A DNA stretch of 64,000 nucleotides from Setoptus koraiensis (Eukaryota; Animalia; Arthropoda). Shown here one piece after another: positions 1 to 13,700 of the stretch; position 1 is the first letter of the stretch; each line of letters begins with the position of its first letter. The position numbers and the translations under genes were made by a program. The notes below the pieces were generated by a model. The model worked only from the letters and a program-made list of their open reading frames with translations. It was not told the DNA's origin and did not search any database. The stretch is from the NCBI GenBank assembly GCA_048013815.1, contig CM106585.1, positions 2,232,001 to 2,296,000 of the forward strand. The letters run 5' to 3'.

Positions 1-1058
1 CGGGCCAATTCTTCGTTGTTTTGTCCGACGTCGCTGTCAGTGGCCTCCATCAAGGCGCCTTGCTTTTGTTGTTGACCAGAGGCCGGATGGTTCAAACGAT
101 ATCGGCTGGCCCCGAATCTGTTTGCAAATCGATTCGGTTGTTGTTGATGGACTAATGGATTCGAGGACGGACGATAATGACGATCTCGCACTGATTGTGA
201 TGTAGCTCGCGATATATTTGCCGCTCTTGGTTGCAAATGAACACCCGGCGCTGCCACAGCCGATGAGGTTGATGCCAGATCCGCTTCTATGATAGAGGAA
301 TCATCTACACCTTCTCGGTCCCCTCTGTTGCCACTTGCACCCCTCGAAGCTGGCCGCCTGAGTAGATTGGATTGCAGAGGTGGCGACATGGGCGACCGTA
401 TACTATTTTTCACTCTGTTCAATTCATTGGTACCTGAAGATGATGCGTCATATTCGCAGCTCTCACTATCCGGATCGCTTGGTGCATTTTTAATCTTAAC
501 TAAAGGCATCTCTTGAGTAGCTTTCAGAATGCTTTGTGATACCGAAGGGGCGCTTTTTTGCGACACTGCCTGCTGCTCTTGTTGTTGTTTTTGTTGCAAT
601 TCGTCCTGAGTTAGTCGACCCAAAACATAATACGTCTCCATATTTCCCTTGCCCTTCACTGAGATGACGCCACGATACTTCAATTTGAAGCCGCTCTCCA
701 TCAAAATATTGGCCGAATTCTTAGGCACTTGTATCATGTCGTAAGTTCCGGTGGAATCCATACGCGACGCCTCATTGACTGTGTCACCCCATATATCAAA
801 AACAGGCTTCTTAGCACCAATGACACCACCAACAAGAGGTCCGTGTGATATGCCCACGCGCATTATAAAATTGTTGAATGAATGTAAATTGACATCATCC
901 AAAGCCTGTTTTAGGGCTATTGCGAAATCACAGCAAACACTTAAATGATAGTTGGCACCCTTGTCCTGATCGCGTGGATTCAAGCCACAAGCTGCTAGAT
1001 AAGTGCTTGAAATAGTTTTAACTTTTTCCACACTCAGGAATCTCTCATCATCGAGGAT
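1..1058 (-). CDS. ADCY8: Adenylyl cyclase exon 16 (C2a catalytic core and C2b tail), runs off window
   Basis: gttcag|[26 protein letters not shown]...[39 protein letters not shown]...[10 protein letters not shown]. No stop codon down to base 1, which is why the ORF track omits it. Confidence 0.95.
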   Translation of the reverse strand, partial: MLDDERFLSVEKVKTISSTYLAACGLNPRDQDKGANYHLSVCCDFAIALKQALDDVNLHSFNNFIMRVGISHGPLVGGVIGAKKPVFDIWGDTVNEASRMDSTGTYDMIQVPKNSANILMESGFKLKYRGVISVKGKGNMETYYVLGRLTQDELQQKQQQEQQAVSQKSAPSVSQSILKATQEMPLVKIKNAPSDPDSESCEYDASSSGTNELNRVKNSIRSPMSPPLQSNLLRRPASRGASGNRGDREGVDDSSIIEADLASTSSAVAAPGVHLQPRAANISRATSQSVRDRHYRPSSNPLVHQQQPNRFANRFGASRYRLNHPASGQQQKQGALMEATDSDVGQNNEELA

Positions 1059-4000
1059 CTGAACAAATCAACAATTATGGGGCATAGAGGAAAGACAGTT
1101 AGATTTGAAGTAAAAATATTTTGGAATCGCATATATGATTATTGTTCTCTACTTACCTGATCAAAGTCAAATATTATCTCGTTCAGCAGACGGATGCATT
1201 CCATGCCATTGTTGACATCTTCGCTGTAAAAATTGGAAAAGTTCGGTATGGATGCAAACAACACTGCAACGCATGGATAAGACTTGGCATACAATTCCTG
1301 AATGCACAATTGTTTGATATTCATTTAGAAATTCATTTAGAGAGCAAGATTAGTTATGTAACTAGTGATATATAAATTTGCGGTGCAGAATATCATCTAT
1401 GTAAAATACTAACATCATTGTTGCGGTCGTTGTGCAAGAAATGTGTGGCCACATGGTCGGGTAAGATATTCTCTAGCAATTGAGTATTATAATGCCTGAG
1501 CTCTCTCATGTCTTGGAGCTCCTTCTGAGCTTGTAATTTCCACAGAAAATCCAACCTTGATACTCGCTCGGTCTACCATTACATGCGAAGAAACAAAGGA
1601 AGCGATTAGTTCAGGGTTACAGTGTTATTCAATCAACGGATAAAAATGTCCGAAAGATCTTTTTCTACTCACCAGTCTGCAATGATAAATCACCACAACC
1701 ATATACAGCGCTATCAATAGAAGTAACTTTGGCTTTATTTGTCTATCACATAATCTGCAAACAATGGACAAAAAACAATTCGAGTGATTAATTAATCATG
1801 ATGCAAGAATTGATTATTGTAGTTTTTATTGGGAATAGATCAATGGAAAACGAAAAAAAGCTGGAACAAAAGATTATTTTCTTACCTTATTTTGAGTGGT
1901 GAACTGGACGGTATTAAGTGGTATCTTTGCAATAATTGCTCTATCGTTGTCTCGATAGAGTTCTCTTCAAAAGAGATAATTGGACAAATGCTTTGATCAT
2001 AGTCCACACTGAACATTGACCAATAGCCTATAGGCACTTTAGTTTGATCTAAATGATGATCAAATGAAGAGTTTACTCCGTTGGCACTGTTGTTAACTTG
2101 CAGCCAGTGATGCTGATTCATTATGGACATATGACTGTAAACATAGTCAACAAAAAATACATAAGCCACTGCCATTCCAACTAATAGAAAAAGTTTCAAT
2201 AAGTAGCTTGATTTGAGGAATGAGGCCAAAGCAATGAGCGCCAGCAATAAACAAAATACGAAGTTCTGTTTGATTTTTAACAAGGATACAAATTAATGAT
2301 TAATTAGTTTAAGCAAATGAATTGCGATATATGCTGTTGGTTTACAGCATATATTCATATTGTGACAAATTTAACACAAAATCACCATCAGAAAAAGATA
2401 ATATTACCTGTGGATGGAAACATTGTTGATCGTATTCAGACCAGTTATCTTGAGTAATCTCCACAGGAGGCCCATCGTGAGTTGTGGTTGATTGATTGTG
2501 GCTCAGATCAACAGGTGACTTGGAGCGACAGGAGAACTAGAGATGCACAATGTTGTTAGTTATTGCTATAACAGAAAATATTATTAGAAAATAAACTGAA
2601 CTGTGAACTTACTTGATTGATGAACGTCGAACCAACAGATATTATCAGAATAAGTGTGAATGTGAACAAGTTTCTAATCATTAGATTCCTGTCAAACTGA
2701 GACCAACAGCCAATCATTCTTTTAAATAGCGGGCCACAATAATAGATCAGACCATGGTTTGATTGATTAACTAATTGGTCACTGAGAGATGCACATCCAT
2801 CCAGATCTGGTACCTCCCGATTGTTTGCTTTAACATTATTGAATTGTATTGTTGTAATGTCATTTCTGTCTTGCTGAATCATTGATTGATCTTGAATGTT
2901 ATTCATTTTAACAGTGCCACCACGGTTATAGCGTGAATTATACTTTTTCATCATTGAATTACTAGATTTATCACGGTTGACATGTTCTGGCATATAATGG
3001 CCGCCATTGTACAAAATTGAATCCAATATAGTGCCACTCACCAATACAAACAATATAAAACTAATTAAGGCCACTATTTTAATCGATTGCAATGAAAAAG
3101 ACACACCTAATAGGCTAATTATGGCTATAAATATCCAGATAATAAATATACAAACAATGTTGCTCTTGTTGGCTGTGTCGCCTATCTGACAATAGGTCTG
3201 CTCTAGAGCCTGAGATTTGAATGCCAACGATATCCATGTGAGATGTTCTTTTATCATACGACGACTATATTCCGCCTCAATAGAATGATCGCTCAATTGT
3301 TCACTGTGGCCGCCGGCTGACAATTGTTGATTGTTGCCCGTTGTCGACCTGATATTATTCAATCTGAGCCTCTGCGACAGCATCGATTGTTTTCTACTAA
3401 CGATTTGTCTCTGTTTCCTCTGCTTCTTCCGGTTTTGTTGGTTCCTCTTTTTCTTGATTATCCTCAGCCAAAGAGTGTGCGCAAATTGACCCAAATAGGT
3501 CCTACTTCTCCTATTTTGTTGTTGCTGCTGTTGTTGTCGTTTAATTATCATGGCACTCGGATAAATGTCAATCGTTGGCCCTTTTATCGCTTTTGTCTGC
3601 GTGTCAGTCGCAATGGCGACCCCGTCAGAAGTTGAATTATCGTTATTATTAATTGCATCGGTACGGCGAGCAGTATTATGCATGTCATCAGCGCGTTCTT
3701 CATCAACATTGGTATCGTTGTCGCGATCGTTATTGCCGGTATATTGACTGTGACAAACACTTGCTTCTTTGCTTCTTTCGCTGTGATCGCTCGCCTCTAG
3801 GATATTATCCATTTCCGGTAATTTGCAAGCAGTAGCAGTTGTTTGTTTGTCACCAGCACAAGCAGCATGCACACTTGACGATGAGCGATTATTTGTTTGG
3901 GGCACAAGGGCACTTGTTGTTGTAGTTGATTGTCCTTGGTTTGGTTGCTGACAGTTGGTTTGCACCAACTGATTGGCCAGATCAATGCAAACTGAATTAC

Positions 4001-7000
4001 TCATCGACGGTATTCTATTAATAGTGGCTGTCCTTGCTTTACCACTGGCAGCATCATCATTGTCATTTACCAATATCGTTGTTGTTGTTGGTAGTTGCCT
4101 TGAAGGCGACGATTTATCTCGTCGATTTATCTTTGTCCAATTGCGCCAACTTTTTTGTCTACGTATGCGACCTTCGCTGTCGCTCACACCATCAATTATC
4201 GATTTGTTATCATTGTTGTTAGTATTGGTACCGCACGATTCAACCGATTGAGCACGATAATCTTGCGATAGCAACCGAAGTCGACGCGAAACTTGTTTCC
4301 GGTCAGCATCTGCAACAATGTTTTTCTGTTTGTTGATGTTGTCTCGCTCAACCAAATCATTTGAGACACATCTACCCAAGGGCAAGTCTAAAATCTTTGT
4401 TGTGGCACACTGTCCAGTGGGCACTGATGACTTTTGTCTAGCTGATCTGGCTTCTTTACTTGGGCCACCGGAAGAAGCGTCCTTGCCGGAAGTAGCGTCT
4501 GCCGTTGTGGCAATTGTGGGATCTGTGCGGCGCAAAAGTTTATTGGTGCAAGCGGTTGCCAATGGCGACACCATAAAACTTCTATTGTTATACATTTGAC
4601 GTTTTGCCTTTCTAATACCCAGCACCTTTGTTGTTATGGTTGAAGTATTATCAACACTGTCAGTGGTTGGGCTGCATGATAACGGAGCACCAGATAAAAT
4701 GGCCTCTTTGGAGCCCCCTGTCGTTGTGTTTGTGGCGCTGTTTGCCGGCGAATATCGACGCTTCGATTGGCTATTGGTGTGGGCTAAATATGGTGTTATA
4801 GAGACCCCGCTAAATGATGCATGCTGGCTTGTCATTTCCGGTTGAATAGTGTCATTAATAGATGGCGCGGCAATTCCGTCCTCGAACATGTAGCCCTGGT
4901 TGTTTTCGTGTAGCTGCACGTCGTTGTTTATAATGACATTTTCATTATTTTATTACACGTAATAATGTTATATCACAATGTTACGGAATGTTAAAGATAG
5001 AGGGCGAGAGACATTTTTGAAATGTTGTTGCTGTTGTTATTTGTTTGCCTCAACAGCACAAGTGTTTAGTTTTTCAAGTTGCATCATTATTGTTTTATCC
5101 GTTGGCTACTCGCCGGTCACAGAGTGACACAACGTGCACCGACGAAAACAACTTGGCAACATTTGTGGGCCACTCGACGCGGGGCCCAAGTGGGTGCCCC
5201 GCTACTTACATTTTTGAAGGGTATCTCCGGCTTCCAAAAGTTGCCCTCTGGATCGTCGTCTTCGTCGTTGGAATCGTCGTCGTCGTCGTCGTCGGTGTTG
5301 CTGCTACTAGTAGGGCCACTATTGCTGTCAGCAATGGCGGCATGCGCATTATTTTGGTTATTATTATTATTATCATTATTTGTATCTGTGTCACTATTGG
5401 TTGCTTGCGTTGCAAATTCATCATTAGATGGCGCTGGCGACGGCATATATGATGAGGGGCGCCACTTATTATTAGATGCGATCATACCTGATGGCGGTGA
5501 CATTGTGGCACTGTCGCCAGAGGATAACGACCGAGACAAACAAGAAGACTTTGTCCTAATGTTGTCTACTAATCCGTTATCTTGGCTACTACAGGTAGGT
5601 GGCCCTAATGACCGACACGTCGTATCACTATTGGTGACTTTATTGGCTCGGTGTGGGCTGGTTGCCGATGGCGACTCATTAGTGACGTCGTTGTCACTAA
5701 CGGTGACACTATGATTAATTGGAGCGTCGTTGTTGTTGCTCACAAGATCAATGCTTGAGTGGGTTATGGTTGGCGCTGGCTGTGACAACGTTTGACCGAA
5801 ATGGTTTTCCGTTTTGCTCAACCCACTGGCAGTGTGTTTATCATGGCTGCAAGGCAAATCATTATCCGTTGTTGGTATATTGTTTGTGTTTGGCTCTGTA
5901 ACGGATAATGATGTTTGTGGCGAGGGCCTCTTTTTCAGCGCTTTCAACGCTATGTCTGACGACAACTTTTTATCAGTGATGTCCGCTGATGTTTTGGCGC
6001 CCATTATGGCCACACTATTTGGAGATAAGTTGTTTTTGTCGGTGGTGGCAGGGCTATCGTTGCTGTTGGTGCGCTTGTTGTGATGCTGCCGTTTTCGCGT
6101 TGACCGTGATTTAGAATGACTGTGCTGCTGATTATACTGCTGGTTGATGTTGTAACATGTGGGCTCTTGTTGTTTTATGAAATACGTCTCAACGCCCATT
6201 TGTCTGAGATAACTGTCGCGGGTCTGACCATCGCTGGGCTCCACTTCGTACAAGCCACAAAGATTGTCTAAGGTGGCGCGGGTTACATGCACACGACCCG
6301 CCAAACCGCCTGATTCCATGTGATTGGCGAGAGTGACATCGTTGCTCCATACATCAAATTGCCACTTACGTAAGCCTGTTAACATTGAATAGTCAGTTTG
6401 GTTAAAATTGAGAGTTAAGTTTAAATAATGACAATTTAATTCCAGTGACGGACTCTTTGAATCTTTACAGTTCGGTATGACAACAACATTGTCATTTAGT
6501 CAGTATCATCAGATAGTATGATTCAGACTGAATGACAAGACAAAGTTAGCCAGCCAGCCAGCTTCCGTCGACGACTAACCCCAGATCGCGAAAACAACAA
6601 AGACAAAGACAACCGTTCAATCGATTTTATTTCGATAAATATTGTTGCTATGTGCAACTGTAAATGATTATTGCAAAAAACTGCGGTTGCGTGCTAGCTA
6701 CTTCCGGTTAAATACTCTACACTGAAATGCACTATCTAATTTATCCAATCATTCAATTCAGTGCGCATTCCAGTGGCCAACGATTTATTCCACAACAGCC
6801 ATAGCTCGACGATGCGAAAAACAAACAATAGGCAACGGCCTGGTTTTGCTCCGCATAATCTTACTTGGGTTGTTATGGCCAAAATCAAAATATCACATTG
6901 CAAGTGCAACTGTTACCCACTCGTTTTAATTGTCGCAAACTTGGCTTGTGTCCCTTTCTGTTTCTATTTAGTTTGCACTGATCAGCACACTTGGATGGAC

Positions 7001-7674
7001 TTGGATATTATTATATTATAATGGAATTGAATTAGAATCATGCGACCATGACAAACAAGTTAACTTGAATAACTTTGAATAACAATCGAGTCTCGACGCA
7101 ACTACTCGGCAGCGGCAGCGACAATCAAAGCCATAACAGCGTCCAAAGAATGTATAACAATAGCTTACGTAACATGGTACACGTATTTCACGTGACATCA
7201 AACAATTGGCGCAATTCTTCTATTTTGTTGCTCCACTTTTTCTGTTGTTTTTGTTGATGTTGATGTTGCTGGCTGGCTGGCTGGCTAGCTCGCTAGTTTT
7301 GCCCGCAAACAAGCAAAAAGCCATTGGGGCGCATCGTTGCATCCACTGATATTAGCTCGCGGCTCTCAAGGCCGCCAAATCAATATCATATGAGCAGGCT
7401 CGATGATATTGATGATGTCGTAAGCTTGGCCATTGCAACAAAGACAATATGTCAACTCGACACCAGTGCTGGCATGCAAACAAAGACAACGCTGGCTGTG
7501 AGCTCAAGATGATAAAACTCAATCAGCGAGTGACGTTGACGTGAGATAGTGTTAGATTGTGTCCACGTCATTATGCAACGTCATTATGTCACCAGCTCTC
7601 TAGCACACATTGCGAGCTGCCAATCCGGAAGTTTGGCCATTGTTGGCGATAACAACAATGACAACAACAACAGC

Positions 7675-7738
<64 letters not shown>

Positions 7739-10700
7739 CAACATAAACATGGACAAATTGCAACTGCCGTCATGCACGGCTTAACTGGTTGTATCTCAAT
7801 CGTGGGGTCCCCGGCGATCCCTGGCAAGCGACTCGCTGGCAATAATTGGTTGGCTATGTGAACGTGCCATTATCGACTCATACTCATCATCATCATACTA
7901 GCAGCTCGCTTGGTCTCGCTAATTGGTAGTAGTAAGTTAACATGATTGCATTTGATGATTGTCAGCTGATCGGGGTATCGATATACGGGTGCTTATACAT
8001 ATATTTTCCAAGGGGGCCCACTGGCTGCAAAATGTATGTCCAGTGCCAACAAAGTCCAATGCTTGCGTCACAATCTATTCTCATGTGATATTACGGCATA
8101 ATGTCACGTTGCAAGGCTGTCAACATTGGTTAGTTGGCAGTAACCCGTAATTACCCCCTATTGTATGCGCGATACAATATTCACGCGCAAATCTAAACAA
8201 ATCAGAGCCAATGGCAAATCAGACTGAATAGTCAAATAAATCACCCGTTATCCGATAGTCGCTGACCGCCAGCTCGGGCTAATTTTCGGCTCGCTTCGTT
8301 GGCTCTCATCCCTTTCACAGTCAGTTAGATCGTCGTCGATCTAATTAATAGTTTAGTGATACTTTAGTCGACTTACCTAATACGCCGCATAATACCGATC
8401 CGCTATGAATACCTATGCGCATGTTCAGCTCGAAATTGGTCTTTTGTCTGACGCGTCTTTATATATACAATAAACACAATTACATTGCCACGTAGTGTGC
8501 GTGTGATAATGATCATTTAGGCCCAGTAACGATATTGAGAATGAAGCGGATAAGAGAGATTGCCGTTTACCGGAAGTAAGAGGTTGTCAGATGAGTGTTG
8601 GGCAGAAACGGTTATGTGATAGAGAGTCATTTCAGAGAGTTATCCGCTTTTGGTTATACGTGCCATGCAATTATGCATCATGCAACAAAGACATTGTGTA
8701 TGTGATGATATTATCTCTATACGTAATGTTACACTTAATGACGATAGCTGCAAATAATTGACAAGTTGCATGTTGCACGTGCAAACGCAAAGGTATGCCA
8801 ATTGTGCACGTGCAAATTGAATTGTTTTTGACGCAAATGAAGAAAACAATTTTATCTGCTGTCATGCTGAACTTGGTGTGAAATCAATGAGCAAGCTGAG
8901 AAAATCGAGGGGCCTCAAACGAGCGAGCAACCATTGCAATCGTGCAATCGCCTTATCAATCAAATTGCTGCCCGTGTTGCAATTATCGGTTTAGCTGATA
9001 GTAGCCGTCTCGCTGAGATGGTAGAGATAGGAAATATACAAATGTACTCTCTTCAACATTCGAAACCGAAACAAGCGGTTACACACGTTCGGCTACACTT
9101 TCAGAGCTACAGTAGCTCTGATTAATTCACAGAAATTCTAAAGTAAAAGCAAAAGTAAAAATAGCTTTTTATTTCGATGAAAAAGGTCACGTCACTAATA
9201 TATTTCGAGGCTAATATATTGCTGTTAAGAATCAGCAAGCTCTTGTATGGCTCGATGTAAAACAATGAAACAACTCTCAGGTGAATATACACTTTCGAGA
9301 TGCATATTGATGATGGATGCGTGCAAATAGCCGAGTGATTATCGGTGAGCTGACCGAAATAGAGCCGTCACCGATGGTTCAATTCGGTTGAGCGGCTTGC
9401 ATTTGCTTTTGACAGCTCCAGTTGGCAGCCTTTAATCTGGCTTAATTGATTGATCGATTGGTTGCTTTGTTCTCTATCTCAGATTTGGTTTAGCTTGCAG
9501 ATGAGGCCCGTCGTAGGTTGGTTTAGTTTTGTTTGTTTGTGTGCATCTGAGCATGATATTGGCTCGACTAACTAACGTGATTAGCTACTGTGTTGGCTAT
9601 TGTTACTTTAACACTTACTTAATTGCCACTATCATGTGCAGTCCCATTTCGACGCAACATTTTGCGTGGTCCTCGTTCGGTTCTGGCAGACCCGCTGTTA
9701 GGTTAGATGCAGCGGGGATAAAATTAGATAATTTAAGAAAGGTGGTTGAAAATATTAGTGGCAGTTGTTGCATCATGAATGTAATACAAGCACAGGTACT
9801 ATTTGTCAGGATTTGTTACGAGGGCTAAGGTGGGCTTCGGCATACAGACGGTCTGTGTTAGATATGGCAACACAATCACTAATGTGATAACGGACCGTTA
9901 GATATAACGGATATTAAGCAATATTATGCAATATTATGCAATAGGCTTTTATTTGGGCTAAGGGATGTGCTAAAATAGGAGGCCCTGCAAGACTTACCCA
10001 CGCAATAGTAGCAGTCGCCAAGTAGTTTGATACGCAAACATTTGTGTTCCTAAGCCACATGATAATTGTGTTATCCAATTGTGTGTACATAAATGGATGC
10101 GATAATGGCCCCATATGAGCGTATGTCAGATAAATAGGTAAACATGGTAGCATTAAAATATGGCAGTTTTATGGCGTGCACATAACATTGCATTCAGATA
10201 TATTTGACATGGGTTAAACAGACAGATTGTGACAAATAAAAGGTGACGCAATTTTAGGTTGATGCGCATCACAACAGCAAAAATAAACAGACAGATAAAT
10301 GTCATTTTGTTAGTTTGTGTATTGTGCCACTTGTATATCGAATGTTGCCTCGCTGCATCTCGACAGGTAATTTTGCTGTCTCGTCACGAGACTCTCGTGT
10401 CACACAAGTAGATAGCTCAGCTCAAGCAGAGATACAGATAATTTAATCTGTAGCAATCACAATGACACACAGTGAGTTTTGCATGCTCTTAAAGTATCGA
10501 CACACACATTGTTGTTGAGAAAAACAGTAAGTGATAAAATAGACTGAAAGTGATAAATGTAAAGTGGAAACTGACAACCAGAGACGAGCTGAGCTTGTTA
10601 GAGATTGATGATTTACCTGAGCAAGTCGATCAAACCTGGCAAAGAGATCATTCAATAGTTGCACAAGTTCGTGTGCGGAACATTTTGAGGCCAACGCGGT

Positions 10701-13700
10701 AAATCCTTGAATATCGGCAAACAATATGCTGTTAGGTGGAATCCGTTCCGTTGGTTGTGAGTTTGACATTGGTCCGTTTTATTATCGGTTGGTCGGTGGG
10801 TCAAATTCAAAGGGCGAGGGGACAGTGATTTGCGTCGTGCAAACCATGCGATTTTGAGTATAGAGAGAGAGAACACATTAGGAAAGAACATGTTAGTTGT
10901 ATGTTATGTTGAGTCTGTATTGTTGTCGTCGTTGTTTGGTGGTTGTTGGTTGGTGGTTGTTGGTTGGTGGTTGTTGGTTGGTGGTTGCGATCAAAACAGG
11001 TGACACCAAATGGGTCATCATTAGATTAGTAGCTGTGTGAGGGGGCGAGCAAGTTGGTGCTCAACAACAACAACTACTAGTTGTATGTATGCGGACACAA
11101 ACACACAATAGCAACTACTTAAATACCAATAATACCATTTGGTCTGCTGTTCAAATGGGGTCAACATTGCGTGAACTGGCGTTGAATATTGAATTAGGTG
11201 GCTCGAACTGACTGCAGAAATGTTGACGCGCTATCTATTATCGATGGCCATATTTCGAACAGCTTACAGCTTCGCGAATGGGCCAAAAGTCATCTCGTAC
11301 AAATGCCATGATAGAGACTCTCTATTAGAGAGGCCAACAATCGGTTAGCCGATGCTGCAATCGAAGTGCACGCTTGAATCAACTCAGCTCAACTTTTTCA
11401 CACAACAGCGAAACCCTGAACCCATTGAGCCTGGTTATTTCAGGGCATGGTCTTTAGCTTGGAGGTTAGTTGCGCAAAACGTCATTTGCTCGACTCGACA
11501 CTCGTTCGAAGGTTTGTTTGCTCGACTCATATGCATCGTATCAGAAAATTTATCATATTAAACAGTTTCATTCAATCGTCTTCATCTCCGCGCAATCCAA
11601 CGAGAATCGTTAGTTTGATATTCAATGCCGAACTTTCCAAATGTTCCAAAGGGTCGCGTCCGGTTCGATTATTATAATCAGTTCTCATGTCAATCTCTCT
11701 CTCTCTCTCTCTCTCTTTGCATTTGTGCCGAGCTAACGGGCACTAAATCGCGTGCTTCTAATCTCACAATGTTAGCTAAATAAGTTCCCGCTTTGTCCAA
11801 AAAGAGCTCGATACACTTGAACAAATTCAACTGCTTGTTGACGGCTAACGATGAAAAACGTCGGTGCCGCTTCTCCAAGTCAGTCCGATTTCTTGGCAGT
11901 CATTCGTCTATCAAACTTGCGATTGACCACATCTAGATATCGTATACGTATACGAACATGAAACTTTGCGAACCACTCTATGATATCCGCTCTTCTATTG
12001 AAAATCTCTTCCACCAATCTAAATTTAGCTCGCCAGGTAAAGTAAAGGCCAGAGCTTCTAGAGTCTTAATTTGAATTGAAAATTCAGACTGTAGGTCTGA
12101 ATATATTCCAGTAAGACCTCTTACCCCTACCTTGTATCAGTATATGCGACCATCTAGCTCGGAGTATATACATTTCTAATGAAATCTTGTGTGTCTCTCT
12201 GCCTAGCGGAAATGGAGGTCCCTAAAAAAGAGTGAATCTTTCGCTTTTACTCCATTTCCGATAGAGTTGCACGATTTTATTGTCAGTTGAGCAATCAATG
12301 GTTCGAACAAACGATACGGGCAAATCTTTTTCAGCTAGTGAGTCAAACGCACCATCACGACTCGGCTCGAAAACAATTAATTCCAAGACAATTCAGGCAA
12401 ATTTACGCAAAAAACGATAGAATGCACAATTCTCGCATTTATGTTTGCTCGGAAGTTGCTTGCTTGAGTTGCACATTCATGTTTCACTCACATTTCGACG
12501 ACAATGATGAGGCATTCAACAAAACCAACGTACCACAAAACAGCAGCCCAAACAAAACCAAACAAACCTCAGTAAAATGAGCCTCTGATGACTAGCTTAA
12601 TCTCATTGCGCACTTTCTGAGTAGTCAGACGGCGTCTAATAGACGGTGATGCATGTTTTGTTACATTAATGATTAATCTAGAGGCACGAGACTCGAGTAG
12701 ACTGTCTGAAAATCAGAAGATCAGGCAATGTTGACTGGAGGCTCGAGCAAATGACTATTCGAGCAAGCGTACTTACAGCGCGAGCCATTCGAGCAAGTGA
12801 TTTTCAAGCATACGACCGTAATAAGTAATCTATTGCATAATAAATTGCGTTGTCCGGTCGGCACGGGCGCCAACCGCTCACTACGTGCGATGTAGTGCCT
12901 TGTCTGGGTTTTTTATCATTATATCATTATCGTATTAATACATTATCATCCTTTGCAGTCACAGTGGGATAAGAGTGAAAAATGGCCACCAAGTAATGTA
13001 CACGCCATTCAGCAAGCTAGCAAAATTAGTGTAGTAAAAGTATGCACGAATTCTATTAGGCCAATTTTAGACCAGTCAGCTTTTGTTAGCCGAATGCTTT
13101 ATCCGGCCAAGCAAAACCTTTGGGCGTTTCGAACGCACGCGAATTTTCAACTCTATTCCCATACACACAACGACAAAACAACGACCTAATTAGATTATTT
13201 TGGGGCCCCAAAAATCTAAATCTAACTTAATTAATTCTTGTTGGCACTATTGCACCATGCTCCAATACTATGTGACTACTCTAATTTTAGAGCATAGGTT
13301 GTGCGTTATCCGCCGTCACTACTCACTAGGGTGATGCATCAGTTTGAGCATAGCTAATTAGATAAAATAGCCATGCAAAGCTGGCCTGTTCTGTTGTCTG
13401 GGTCCGGTCGATTCAATTCGATTCGCACAAATACATCATTGCCAGTCTATTGCATTCCCGCAACTGCCAACATGAATATACACAGCAAGCAGAGGCGGAC
13501 ACCGTTTCTCTGGCGATAGAAAAAGCATGAATAAAATTCAATTACAGTGCCAATCTTGTAATACAGAATGATCATCATTGATCTAAAGTGACACAATTCC
13601 ACCGAACCGAGCTGACAGCGGCTCTAAATACTCAATTTAGCTCTGCTGTAAGTCGAGCAAAAGGTGAACAATCCATATATCAAATATATTTGTGCCTAGC

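Noticed and set aside
5045-6083. Plus-strand ORFs of 60-211 aa overlapping exon 9 (similar ones overlap exons 1 and 10)
   Set aside because: Antisense shadows of low-complexity cyclase coding sequence.
7549-7861. ORFs with poly-N, poly-T, poly-C and poly-V runs
   Set aside because: Translations of the AAC microsatellite inside cyclase intron 8; no coding context.
11500-12580. Locally non-repetitive segment with short ORFs and small palindromes, considered as a transposon relic
   Set aside because: No TIR, TSD, transposase or reverse transcriptase motif found.
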